Assembly: GCA_040954595.2 (NCBI GenBank)
Contig: CM082576.2
Location: forward strand, 2,578,760-2,642,759
Direction: 5' to 3'
Length of the DNA: 64,000 nt
DNA from: Balanoglossus misakiensis
Taxonomy: Eukaryota > Animalia > Hemichordata
The notes under the pieces are model-generated. The model saw only the letters and a program-made list of their open reading frames with translations. It was not told the origin of the DNA and ran no database searches. The translations under genes were made by a program, and so were the position numbers. Shown here in pieces: positions 26,990 through 40,200 of the stretch. Position 1 is the stretch's first letter, and the number at the start of each line of letters is the position of its first letter.

Positions 26990-27335
26990 CATACAATGAA
27001 CTTCATTTCATTATGTATTGTCCACTTTATGTAACACTTCGTAGGGATTTACTCCCCACTGGTATGAACAAAAATCTGACTAGAGATAAAATCATGTCAT
27101 TTTCAACAAGGAAATCCAATTTTATTTTTAAACTACGTTTACATTTATAAAGCTTTTCTAAAGAGAAGAGAATATTTGAATTCATCTTAATTTACTTTAT
27201 GCTCCACAAATTATTCTTTGCCTGTACATTCGTTAAACTTTGCCTCACGTGACCACCCTTTTGTTAAAGTATATTTTCTGTAAGTTGTATAGTACGATGG
27301 GCGGTGGCCCTTTACAAGAATAAACTATTGATTGA
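26990..27335 (+). pseudogene. Second LINE 3'-end fragment
   Basis: NELHFIMYCPLYVTLRRDLL (LINE ORF2 C-terminal E-x-HF...CP-x-Y motif) followed by a 3' UTR, AATAAA (27319) and an (ATTG)n tail. Confidence 0.6.
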
Positions 27336-28223
27336 TGTCACTATTATTGTTGTCATTGTTTTACCTGTCAACTACAACAGGTGAAAGACAAATTAAGTAC
27401 CAGCCATGTGAAGGTTTCAAAGATCAAAATGTTGCTGAATATCATATGGTTGTATATGAAAAGCACCATGACAGTATTGGCAGTGAATTATTGCACCAAT
27501 CTTAACAAAACTTTATAATACAGACATGAATCTAACAAGGTTGTGAAAGTAATAATTACGGCACTTCTCAAGTGCCCGTACCCTTGGTCCACATGGTAAG
27601 GCGCTAGGCGAATACGAATACGAAAATGAAAATCTCAAAGTTTGTTTTGGGGTTCTTTCCTCCAATTCGGGGAAAACACCTTTTCCTTCCAAAACGTCAA
27701 AAGAAGGCTTTTATTTCAAAATTGCAGAATCCCCGACATGTACAGTTATTTTAACATACAATGAATGTAAGCAAATTTGTATACACCCTGTAAATTTCTG
27801 TTTCCTGGTGGAATCGGGGGCTAAAAATACCTCGCTTCTGTCAGTGACTCCAATACGAAAACGAATACGAGAATGAACCCGAATACGAATACGAAAACGA
27901 GAATAACTTCAGCACCGTGACCATCGCGTACTGAGAGGCCTTACAAAAATTTCCGGTTTCCGTTCGTTTATCTCGATCGTTGGCCACAACTGTCATTTTA
28001 TCAGTAGCCGAGTCGTGGACAAAGATGGTCTAGGATGTATTCCCTATAATGACGTCTGTCTGTATACTTCTGACTGTGTAGCGGACGCGGACGGTACAGC
28101 ACAGCAACTAGCAAGTGAACCACATCGAGATCGGTTGTCTACTCTCCGTCACACAGCGTGTGACTAGGCAGGTTCGCCTTGTAACCAGCTTGGAGAAAGT
28201 AATCATATGCACCACCAATCAAG

Positions 28224-31200
28224 ATGCCACTGTAAGTCCTTTGTTTTACACGCTCGTTTCCTTTTGTTCCGTAACACGATCTGTGAACGCGTTGTTGATT
28301 GTTTTAGGTAAGGGTTAAAATAATCAAGCTGAACCACCCATATATTTCAGCTGTTGATACAGTCAGCACATTGCGTTGTATTCATTTTCGACGGAGAAAG
28401 TGTCGGAACTCCCAGTTTGAATGACTATAAACAAATGAACATGTATCGAAATATGGCCGGGTCTTTACATGGAGGAGAAATGAAACCATAGACAGTCCCT
28501 GGCTTCTGGTCCAGAGTCAGTCCCGACCCTGGAAACAAAATTCGCATCATCTGAAAATATTTGGCATCAACAGCTTTGGTCGTGTTATTACGTCACATGT
28601 CTGGAAAATGTTTACAAATTACATGACATTACAATCAACTGATCAGGGGCAGCCTGTCAACTGAATACTGGCAACAGAGATATGTTCATGTATATCCCAA
28701 GTGCTTGATACTGTTTTCAGTACAAGTGGCAGTAATTGATAATTGCATTTTTTGATTTGTTTAAAATTCAATTACTTACTGATAACATTTCTAAGTTTCA
28801 AATACTTGACTGTATCCACCACACATCTGCCTGTATTTCTGTTGTCTACTGTACTCCTCACAAAATTATGATTTACATGATATTCAGCTTGTCATCACAG
28901 CCTGAGTATATAGACATTGTAGTTGTTGCACAGACCAAAATGATGAAATAATCATTAATTAATTGTCAAAGTTACACCTGATGACCCTATTGATGATTAT
29001 ACATAACAACAATAATATACTAGTCTTTACTACTACTACTACTACATGTATCTCCCAAAAGATCAAAGTCAATTTTATTTCTAATTTACGAAATAATCAA
29101 GAACACATGGGATCGCACGCATGCCACAGTTGCCCACCTGTATTTCTCAAAAATTCACATGTGCAGTCTTTGAAATGGATGACGGAGTGCAATATTCATG
29201 ATGGGAATTGACATCATTATGAAAGTTTAATTATCTCTGCCATTTTTCCATTTCATTTTTCCCCTATCAAAGGTATTTAGGTCAATTGAATGATCTATTT
29301 AGAGTGACAGCCAGTGATACTACTGTCATCATTTTATTATGAAAACTAACCACACCTTTCTATCCCACATTTTCAAAAGTGTCTGAAATTATTTCCCTCA
29401 TTATAATTCATCTCTCAGTTTATTTATTTATTTATATGTCAATTGCTGGCATGAAAAATTAACTAAACTTTAGTGCATGCTTTCATTAATTAAAGATATG
29501 TATTCATTAATTAAATATGTCCAATCTTTTTTATTATGCACAATAATTTTTATCTTTTATGTTGGCCAATTTGATGAATACCTGTGTTTGTGTGAGCAAA
29601 AAATTGCCGGGAAGCTTTAAATCTTGTCCTTGAGCGAAAGAAGTACTTAGCCTTGTGTTCCATCTACATGATTATCTCTATCATATTGTGCTGAACACAA
29701 TTTACATGTGAGAATTGAGGCACTTGGCAAATGTTCACTCTCTAGATATTAAACAGATAATTAACATAGACCTTCCATTTTTTTTTCAATAGTGATAAAT
29801 TTATGCATATAGGATTTAATTCTTCAGGGAAAGTTGACATCTCAAATGAAAAGTTGCTTATTATCTGTTGATGCAGTCAGTTACTAATTCAGCATGCAAT
29901 TTGTGAATAAGTAGGAGTCTACCAAAGCATTGTCCATTTCAGCTGGCAAGTAGCATTGTAATTGCCCGCAGAGTAATCCTTGAAAAACTGAATTCCTCTG
30001 TATTACTGGGAAATAACTATTTGTGTTAAAGTACTCGAAATGGTACTTTACTGATAAGTGATTTGTTTACATAATGCACATGCATGAAATATGTAATATG
30101 CAGGTCAGGCTCAATGTTCTGTTAACACTGATATAGTTTGCCTCACACCAACGACATTCTTTCTGCCATCTATTCTGGAACATCTAATCAATTCCATAAC
30201 GGAATGAGTCCCACGTGCCTGGGTTGTCGGTATGCCAATATGTCAGCATAACAATGATAGATCTACATGAAATTGCTTGACTTGGATACAAAGTTGCTCT
30301 CAGTCCCTCACTTACATTTTCTTGTAGAGTATCTGCCTTGTATTGGAAGTTTATCAAAGAATTGAGTCCACATAGCCCAGTTTTTCACATGCCAGTATCA
30401 TATTCAAAAATATTTGCATGAAATATTAATTGTGGAAAATTATCACTGGACATCTTTTGCCTGAAATATTTTATGAAAGCTGTTAAAACACTTGAGAATT
30501 ATTGTGACAAATATTTAATGACCTTTCATCTTAAAACCACATACAAATTCCCAGGTGGATAATCGCTGAACCACCTTGCTAAAAGGGAAGAGCACCATTT
30601 ATCATGCATAATGATGAAAATACATGAATGTATATTAGATATTCGCCTTTCAATAGCTGCGTATCGCTTCACATGTGGAATGTAACATTACACACAGAAC
30701 AATGAAATATTACACAAACCTACTGACTGAGGAATTTCCCATCAGTTTGATAAACGGAAGGCTTTAACATTGGGATTCCAGTCTATCAACTTCTGCTTAG
30801 GACTTTTGATTAATCACATGTCAGTGATGACATCGTAAATAATTACTCTGTGGTGTCTACTCCTAGTACTACATGTATTAAGTTCTGTATCGTGGTCTTT
30901 ATAAATGTAGAATCTCTCTCAGGTCATGACATGTATACAATACTTCACTGCCCTTTGCCTTGAACCTGTAGATTACTTGAAGTCAACAGTCACCTTCTTT
31001 AAATAATTGGCCAATTTTCTTGACCCCAACATGACCTTACATCCTGGTATTTTGTTGGTGTGTGGTATTAAATACTTCACCACTGTAAAAGCAGCCATTG
31101 TCTTCGCTGTGATATTTGTTTGCTTTCTTTATTAAATATAGTGACAATGTGCATCACATGGGTATGTCTGCCACTGGCGCCTCATCAAAACGACCATCTG

Positions 31201-34200
31201 CCTTTCCCCATCAGTGTTCCACATCACTCCCATGTGCACTGAAATATTAAAGTTTTGAGTAAACAGATAAGTGGTGCCCAGTGCCTGGAAGGTTTTCAGA
31301 TCAGACGAAGAAAGCACTTAACAAGCTATACATGCATCTACAACAGCACATACAGATGGCTGGGGTCATTGACCTTATTCAGACTGCATGTCAATGGTCC
31401 CTAATTCAGGCCACCATGTGTGTATGTGTGTGCATGTATGTGTCAGTGAGTGTGGGCGTGACCCCATGCGTGTTCTGCATGTCCTTCCTGTTGATGTTGA
31501 CGTCCAGCCAAGGAGGTCAGTCTGCTCATAGTCATAGACAGTAGATGTCTATAGTCTGCTAAAAGGGCGAGGATGTACTACATTGCTGAGTTTTGCAGTA
31601 AGCCAGTTCCCCAAACAGGCAAATTTTAAGCAGCTATTTTGGTGAGTCATCTATTAATGAGGGGGGTTTGTCTGGTGTGTCACCTGTAGGAGATATAGTT
31701 CTCTTCTCTGGAGACTGGCCTCTAGGACTGAGGCTTTCAAAACATGGCTCTGGGCTGTATACTTGTATGTTATTGATCACAATGTATGCAACATGCAATT
31801 AGCGTTAACTGAGTGAACCAACGTGATAACACCCGGTTCATATTTCTCATACATAATGCAGATATGTTTATAATTTTCATAACTGCATATATGGCCATTA
31901 CAGTAGATTTGCATATTTCACATAACAGTTCATCTTATTATTCAAACCAGTTATATTTAACACTTCACGTAATACACATTATCATTTCTAATTTCACATT
32001 ATCCATTGCTCAACCAATGAAGTTTTTTATTGTACCAACAAATGTAGGTTTTCATTTGTTAGATTTTTGCGTATCATACGCACAACACTTTCAAGTAGTT
32101 TCTGAACTTTTGCAGGAGTGTTCCACTGTCATATTTGAAAGGTTTTCCATGTACACATGATGTGCCCTAAGCTTCCAACCCAACTTCCTCGAGAACATCG
32201 ACAACCCTTAGGGTTTGTCTGAGGTTTAGACTGTACATTCCCTTTCAGTCACACATATATTTGGAAGAAGCCTCGCTGCACGACCTTGTCATTCTCCGGT
32301 TGTTTTTATCGGAGCGTGTTCCGACAGATTCCTGCATTGTCTCTACTGTCTTAGGGGCTTTTATCATGAAAGATGGATGACTTGATCCACTCAACTCTCA
32401 TGTCTGTGCTGGGATCATTGATGCTGAGACAGACCTTGTGAAAATAGAGAGAGAGAGAGAGAGAGAGAGAAGACTGAACAGTCTCTGTCTTCTGAGAATT
32501 CTTACACTGGCTGCAGTCTGCCTCCAACAGCATTCTGGCACTGGGAAAGCTCTTTTAACAGAATCCCCAGATATTCTTCCCCTTGCAGTTATAGCAAACC
32601 AAATGATTCATACACCCAAAAGACTAGCTCTGTCTGAACAACTGGCTTAATTATTAATGTTTACGGGAGAATGTGATTTGCTTTAGAATGAAAACACTTC
32701 TGGGTAGAATAATCAGTGATCAATGTGCAATGCCTGTGGTACATACTAGTACATAAAAGGTTTATGGTTTGGTTTCCAGCACCTTTGTGGGACTTCAACA
32801 GATAACATACCACACAGATACCCATGTACATTTTATCCAACTGCTATCATTGATGTGGTGTGGATACAAATTTAGCTGAATAAAATTGACCTCACTTATT
32901 TCCTCTCAATTAAACTCAGTTGAATTGTGAATAGTCATAAATATTGAGATTTACACAAAGTTTATATTAGTATACATTGAAATGCATTGAGTGGCCGTAA
33001 GGAGAGGAGTCAGAAGGACAGTTGTAGGCCACTGAAGGACAGCAATCAATTACCGCTGGCTTCCTGCCAAACTGTCGCATGTCCAGCTACATGTATCTCT
33101 CTGTAAATAGCCGAAAGTGATAAAACAGCCCATTTCAGAGGAAAAGTAATGGAACTGTGCAGTAGCCAACAACAGATGAAACATTCTGTACGTGTCGGAC
33201 CCGGAGCCTCGCTTTCAGGCAGCCAATCAGATTTCAGCCGGGGAGATATTATCAAGCTGTGAATGTTGGAGCAATATTGTTGTGGAGAAAACCTGTCTCT
33301 GTTTTTTCGCATGACCCGGACATCTGTGGTGGTGCAGTTTTCAGACATGTCTCTTGTGTGTTTCTCTGTTTCAGGTCAACTGACAAGGATTCCAGTAAGA
33401 ATTCAAAGAAACACAAACCAGAGGCTTTAAACCTTAGCATGAGCAGCTCCGACAGGGATGGAGCATCGTCAGTCAAATACGGAGAGTTGATAGTCTTAGG
33501 GTGAGTGATGTTTTGCTGTTAATATGTACATGTATGTATGTTCTCATCGCTAAGCGTGACCTAAGTGTACGCTGTCATTTTCTAAGTCATCATGGTTTCA
33601 TAATATATTTCCGTGTGATAATTGTGTATATGTGTATTTCCTTCTTTATACAAAAGTTATAATGGAAGTCTTCCATGCGGTAACAGAGGCAGAAGGAGAA
33701 GCCAGTTTGCAATGTTCAAGAGGCCTGTGGCCAACGGAGTTAAACCCATATCACAGAATACTTACGAATCACCCAAATCAGCACAGGTCAGTAGAATTGA
33801 CCATTTTATAAACACCACGAGACCCTGCAAGATTTCATGTGGCTAAGCAATTTTAATATATGGGAGGAGATTCTCGTCACTAGGACAATAACAGATCATC
33901 ATGTTCAATGGCACAAAAGAATGACAGGGGTTTCACATATGAATTTGTCTGTCATTGCCAGCCAGGAGCTAATACAAAAGTCCTGTCTCATTGGGCAGTG
34001 CTGTGATTTGCTGGGCTGGACCAGTCACCTTGCCATGGGAATTTTCTCCTAACATCACAACTTGAAAGTCAGCAAGGCCTGCTTTATGATGTTTATATTC
34101 CATAACCACCAGCGTTATTTGTTTATGTTTCAATTGCTGGGACCTCAGCTGAAGGGAAGAGTGAAATCTGATCTTCGGATTCGAAACTTTGGCGTAGAAA

Positions 34201-37200
34201 GGACAGTGAGGTTGTGTTCACAAAAGCTAATGAACACTTCCTTGACTGACTCTGTCCTGATCACTTTCTCTGGTTTTAGTGTGAGAAACACACAGCAAGA
34301 AGCCTAATTCGACTAATGTTGAGAGATTAGATAGTACACAGCAGGTACATTGAACCATAAATATAGTGCCAATTCCTGTCAACACTTGAGTATATTATTT
34401 CTTGCTACTGGCTGTAAATATATTATCTGTCTGTGTTTGCAGAACACCCCTTGGTGCTTGGCTGTCCAACTGGAGGACTGGTATTACCGGTATAATGTTT
34501 TTTACACATTGAAAACATAGGAAATTTATATGCCAGTATTTTACCAGTATGTTGGAGTGAAACATTATGATATGGAGCCTGCTGTCTCTCTACCGTTTTA
34601 CAGCTAGAGTTACTTGTATGTCTTTGTTCCAAGAAATATTCTCCATCAGATTCATTGATCTATTTTCGCATAAAATTGTGTACATATGTAATGCTAAAGG
34701 TTCCCTGGTAGAGGAAGTTTGTGTTGGAAATTGATAAGCATATGAGACAAAATAACTGATAAAGTACATGGCACACTTGAATGCACCAGTTGGTATCAAA
34801 CGGGTGCACAATGTTCCTGATGCTTTTTCTCCAAGGCTGGACTGAAAGTAAAAACCCTGAGGAATACTCAGTATGCATCAGACACATCCCAATATATTAT
34901 TTACGAATTTATCTCTTTATGTGTTGGATTGATCGTTGCAAGTCTCAGTTGCAGCTCGTCATCACGTGTATCAGGAAGCAATAGCCGAGACTTGTAAAAT
35001 GCACTTAACCATCTGATGTCATAAAATGTGCGGCACAGGGAAGAAACAAATCCAGTCAGAATAGATTGGCACACCAAGGTTAATGAGTTACTATTCTTGG
35101 AAAATGATGAGATTCCAAGGTGGATTTGATTTGGAAGGGTAATTGTGCCTCACAGCTTGTTTCTAATTGTTTGAAAATGCAAATCACGGACAGGTTTTCC
35201 TTCAAGATGAAGGACGGTGAAGAGATTTGTGTGTATTATCTCCCCTTGTTCATTGTTCTGTTCAGAGAGGATTTACAGCCTATGCATTCACAATAGAGCG
35301 GATTTCTGTGGCTGCTTTCTGAGGTCATGTATTTGACATTCAATTTATCCGCTGCCTTCCTCTGCTTCTGCGAGGAAATAAATAAGATATTTATGGAAGC
35401 ATGCTGTTGCTCTGTTCTCAGGAATTCTGGACATTATTTTAATAGTTTTTGCTTTCATGTGAGTGATATAATTTCCTATATATCTGAGAGAGGCCTGTTT
35501 TGACAAAAATCCCTGTTTGCAATATTTTAACCAGATATCGAAAACAGGGTGTCATTGATATTGATTTTTGCATGAAGTCAAAAATGAACTCTGTCCTCAT
35601 TTTGTTTCTAACAGATGGCCATTTTCTGTGTGAATAATATAACTCGATCAATATGATCCAATTTTGTATATGTTCTAAACAATAGATTACAACCGGATGA
35701 CTTAAATTAAATCATACATTGATGCGATTGCTATTATTTTTTTCCTATTATGTGATATTGGTTATTTTTTCTGTAATAACAGAAAATATGTCTTGCTCAA
35801 AAGAAACATTGCTGTAGTGTTGGCCACACAATGCTTGTCATCCGTCTGTCAGTTTGATCGATGTCATTCAAGAAGATAATGGGTTTTATATGCATCATGA
35901 GCAATTGTCTCATCATAGAGTTGTTCATCATAGAGTTGTTATCGATGATAAATTGAAATTATCATATAAATGATAATATCATTTATCAACTGATCACAGT
36001 AGCATCAAGTTATAATTACACAGTGAACTCACCACATGAAATTTAAATAGGGTTGAACATGAAAAGCTTATTTTTATTGGGGGAAAAAATCAGTACATGT
36101 ACTTGATTATTTGATGGTTGTGTTAGAATTACCGTAAGTCAGAGAAAGAATATTTAGTTTACCGAAATACTCTATGATATTAAATATATTTCAGGGTACA
36201 TTGTGATGTGTGCATTTTTATGAACGCAAGTTATAGTCCATGATTCACATGCTTTCCCATTTGAAATCAAGTCACAGAAATCTCTAACGACTTCCTGCGC
36301 GATATCAGTCAATCCAGGGTAGATAATTGCCTCAGGTATAGCATGACATGGAAATTGAGCTTCAGTCCAATTGCACTCGCAACTCTGAGAGAGACTTCTA
36401 ACCCTCTGAATTTTCTATATTTACATTTCATCGGTAATTGCCATCTGCAAAGATAGGTATCTGTCAATTATCAATTTCTTTAGGGCAGAACAAACTGAAT
36501 TTACGAGATGGATTTTCTGAAGTGATGGAGCGATCAAATAATGCAAACAAATTAAAGGCATATCAAGAATTGATTGAGATCGCTGTGGAAGACGAGGAGA
36601 TGATGCGGTCAATGAGAGGAAGCTGTCTCTCATCTTGGCTGACCTCCCATTGACCCTCTCTCAGGGATTTGTGATGGATTTGACATGTACTTCTTTGCCT
36701 ATATCAGATGCAGATCAAAACATCCAAGTCAACCAGTATGGCATGGATTGCCAGAGTTGGATTGACAGTGTTGGCAGTGATGGCATCTCATTTGATTAAT
36801 TATGAAAACAATTGGAATAGCTCATTTAAAATAGCAATTATATGTGAAATGATAATTACCCATTCAACAGATATTGTTTTTGTTCCTTTCGTTTATTTAT
36901 ATCTTCTCTCTCTCTTGCTTTCTCCCCAAAGCAGGCAGTAAAAAGCACAATACAGCACAGTGTGTCATACACACTGTCACGCAATCATACTGTTGTGGTG
37001 GAATATGCCTCAGACAGCAACACAGACATGTTTCAGGTGAGTGTTGATTGATTGCCATCCACCAGAGCTACATGTAATTGTCTGACTAATGTCATTCCAT
37101 TGCCGTGAAATATGCAATGCTAATCAGCTTGGAGCTTGGAGGGGCCGGCCTTGCCAATTACTGCTTGAAAGGATGGCATTGCATTGGCAATTTAATAATG

Positions 37201-40200
37201 ATGAAGAACTTAATTGGTTTCAAGTTGGTTATGTCATCACTTAAAGAGAGATTACCAAGGTTATCAATAGCTGTGGAGGTTTAAATTTGTTTTAGCATGG
37301 TCAGACAGTCAATTGAAACATTACTGAGAAATTGTATCTGGTATCCACTTGGCTTTTTAAAACTGAAGATATATCTCTTTTTTTCTCTCGTAGCTTGGCC
37401 GGTCGACAGAACCTGTGATAGAGTTTGTAGTGATGGACACTGTACCAGGAGCTGCTACGGCTGAAGACTGCCAGGTCACAGAAAGTACAATATCAAGGTT
37501 TGCGTGTCGGATAGTGGTCAGCAGGGAACCACCCCACTTAGCAAGGATATATGCTGCTGGTTTTGATACCAGGAATAATATATTTCTCGGGGTGCGTATG
37601 TGTATTCCGTCTCATATACTGTTTCATTGTTCTAGTCATCTCCATTATGTACTTGCTTTGTCCCCTCACCCAGTTCCAATGATTGACCATGTAAACTTAA
37701 ATGGCCCTATGGTATTTTCATTCAGTTTGACATGTTCATTAGTTGCTATTCCAATGTTGTTTGATCCAATTGAGAGAAAGTCTGGCATGGAGACATGCAG
37801 ACTGTCTGTCTCACACTATTACTCAGACACTGCCGTGATTTGTTTTCTGCCAAAGTGACTCAGTTTCGTCATTTTCACTCTAGGGCCTGCAGATAACTAA
37901 AACACTAGCATATTACACAGGGAGGGGGGTTTAGCTGTGTTTTTACTATCACTCACTCTTAGCTTTGTACAGCATTTTCATGAGTTCAGAGCCAATGTTA
38001 TTAATATTATGAATGGCCAGGTCCCTAAATCGTGAATCACAGCAAAGTGATGCAGCCACTACATGTAATTACTACAGGATAAGTATATTAAGGTTTGATG
38101 TACAAGCATAAAAAAGTGAGAGCTAATAGGAAAGTGCTCATCATTTTGTGGCTACAGCTTCCATAAAAATGATCTAGGTTTGCCATCTGCATAATGGTTT
38201 ACAGAAAATGCCAGTTTAAGTGGTGATAAAAACACTCGCGCTTAAATCATAAACAGATTTAGGTTTTATGTGATATGTACTGCAGCTGTGTGCCCAAATT
38301 GAAAGTAGATGACAGGGACTCTTAAGTTGCACGTTGTACAAATATTACATGTATGCATTATAGAAGTGTCAGAAGGAGTTCAGGACATATCTTTGACCGA
38401 CACTAAATTATGGATGTGTGTGAATAGGAGATTGCTAACTCATGCTGGCCTTGGGTTGACTCAGACCTAACTCAGTTAGAAACTAAATTCTCCCCTGTAT
38501 TTTGCGAATACCTATACAGGATCAAGGAAGTTATACAATCAATTGCAGTCAGTGCATTATTAATTTGGCAGAAAATCTTTTTAGAAAATCTGATTCTGTC
38601 TGCAATCCCAGAAGTGTGACCCGAATATCAAGCAGGTGTATTAAAATAAATACAAAACAGGTATAAATTTTATGGATTGCAGATTATTGACCTGTAACTC
38701 TGTATATGCGACCTGAAAACCCATTTTGGGACCAGTGAATGGAACATTTTATTGCCTGAAAATCCTACAGTAATGACACGTAAAATTTCCATTAACGGCA
38801 TGAACATTTCAGGGCGAGATTGTGAAATCTGAAATAAATGTGTCAATCAGGGCAGACTGAAAAAAGCATCTAAATAGATCAGATACGGCATTGAAAATGT
38901 TGCCACTAGTGCTAAGTAGATTTGTTAATGGTAAAATCTGAAGTAAAAAAATATGCCAAACAGTATGAAATGCTTTACACAAAGAGACTGTCATCCTGTT
39001 GCCAGTCAGAAGGTTTTGGTTGTAATCTGTCTGACTTGACCATATTCTGTTCACCCCTCAGGAAAAGGCTTGCAAATGGAAAACTGAGGATGAAAGTGGC
39101 ATGGACGGTCTGACCACAAATGGCGTGCTCATCATGAGACCCAAAGGAGGATTCACCCCTGAGGCCAGGCCAGGGGTGTGGAGAGAGGTGTCAGTGTGTG
39201 GGAAGGTCTACTCACTTCGAGAAATCAGGTCATCGCCACAAAGAGGAAAACTAGTGAGTGTGGCCCTTTTTTTTGTTTCATATCCTCTTTCTTTTCACCA
39301 TGAACAGAATGGGTTGTATGTGTGTGTGTCCAAATATGATATTTTATTTCCTTTGTTTGCAGATTGATAATGAAAATAATATTTTAGAAGATGGAACTCT
39401 GGTTGACCTATGTGGTGCTACCTTGTTGTGGAGGTCGGCAACAGGGCTCCTTAGGACTCCTGTAAGTTATCTTTTAAAGTTGTACTAGCTGAATAATCTC
39501 TGTAAACTATGTCCTCTCAAAATAATATGCTTGAAGCACCATCTGACTGTGTCATGTCATTGTATTTTTTCTTTACAGACACAGAAACACTTAGAACAGT
39601 TGAGACAAGATATCAATGCATCCCGACCGCAGTGTCCTGTTGGGTTAATGACGCTTGTTCTACCCTCCAGGAGTAGTCGAGGAGGAGGAGGGGGAGGAGG
39701 AAGAGGGGTAGGTATTGCACATGCAGCCATTATCCCCACTTAAACAGATATGAGTTTATTTGTACTTTGAAGATCATGAGAGTTCCGTTGTATTAAGAAA
39801 GAGAATATTAAATGCTTGACTGTGGATGAAACCACTAGTGGTGTGATTGCAAATGCCCTTTCCTTTGTAAGACAAGTTTGACATACAGGATTGGAGAGGT
39901 GGGCATTAGATGTTTTGCAGGTCTATAAATGAACTCTTCCACTTCTCCCCACAGGATGTTGATGAGAAGCAGCCGTATGTGTACTTGAAATGTGGACACG
40001 TCCATGGTTATCATGTCTGGGGAGTGCGACAATCATCCAAAGAAGACTCAGAACGGACCTGTCCACTTTGTAGAGAGGTGTGTTAGATAGTTAATAAGGC
40101 TGCATTCACAAACACCTCTGGAGGGGGGGGGCAGGAGAATTGAGGGGGGGGATTTGAAAAAATTGAGGGTATGTAGAGGGGGGATTTGAAATAATTTAGG

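Larger units (their letters stand above)
24361..27919. mobile_element. Non-autonomous foldback-type DNA transposon with ~380-bp terminal inverted repeats
   Basis: 24361-24742 is the reverse complement of 27544-27919. By eye there are 2 substitutions and one 6-nt TCGTAT unit difference. It is flanked by the direct repeat ACCATCG (7 bp), or GACCATCGC (9 bp) if each end is trimmed by 1 nt. The TIRs contain (TCGTAT/TCGTTT)n tandem units. No transposase ORF inside. Confidence 0.92.
24055..28223. promoter_or_regulatory. Bidirectional promoter region TANGO1 / Pellino, split by the foldback element
   Basis: Head-to-head ATGs. CpG-rich DNA on both sides (23560-24120, 27920-28450). ETS-like TTCCGGTTTCCG near 27951. 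Confidence 0.6.

Noticed and set aside
35911-35940. 15-bp tandem duplication CATCATAGAGTTGTT (similar one at 59341-59371)
   Set aside because: Ordinary local slippage duplications. Not an array or CRISPR-like structure.
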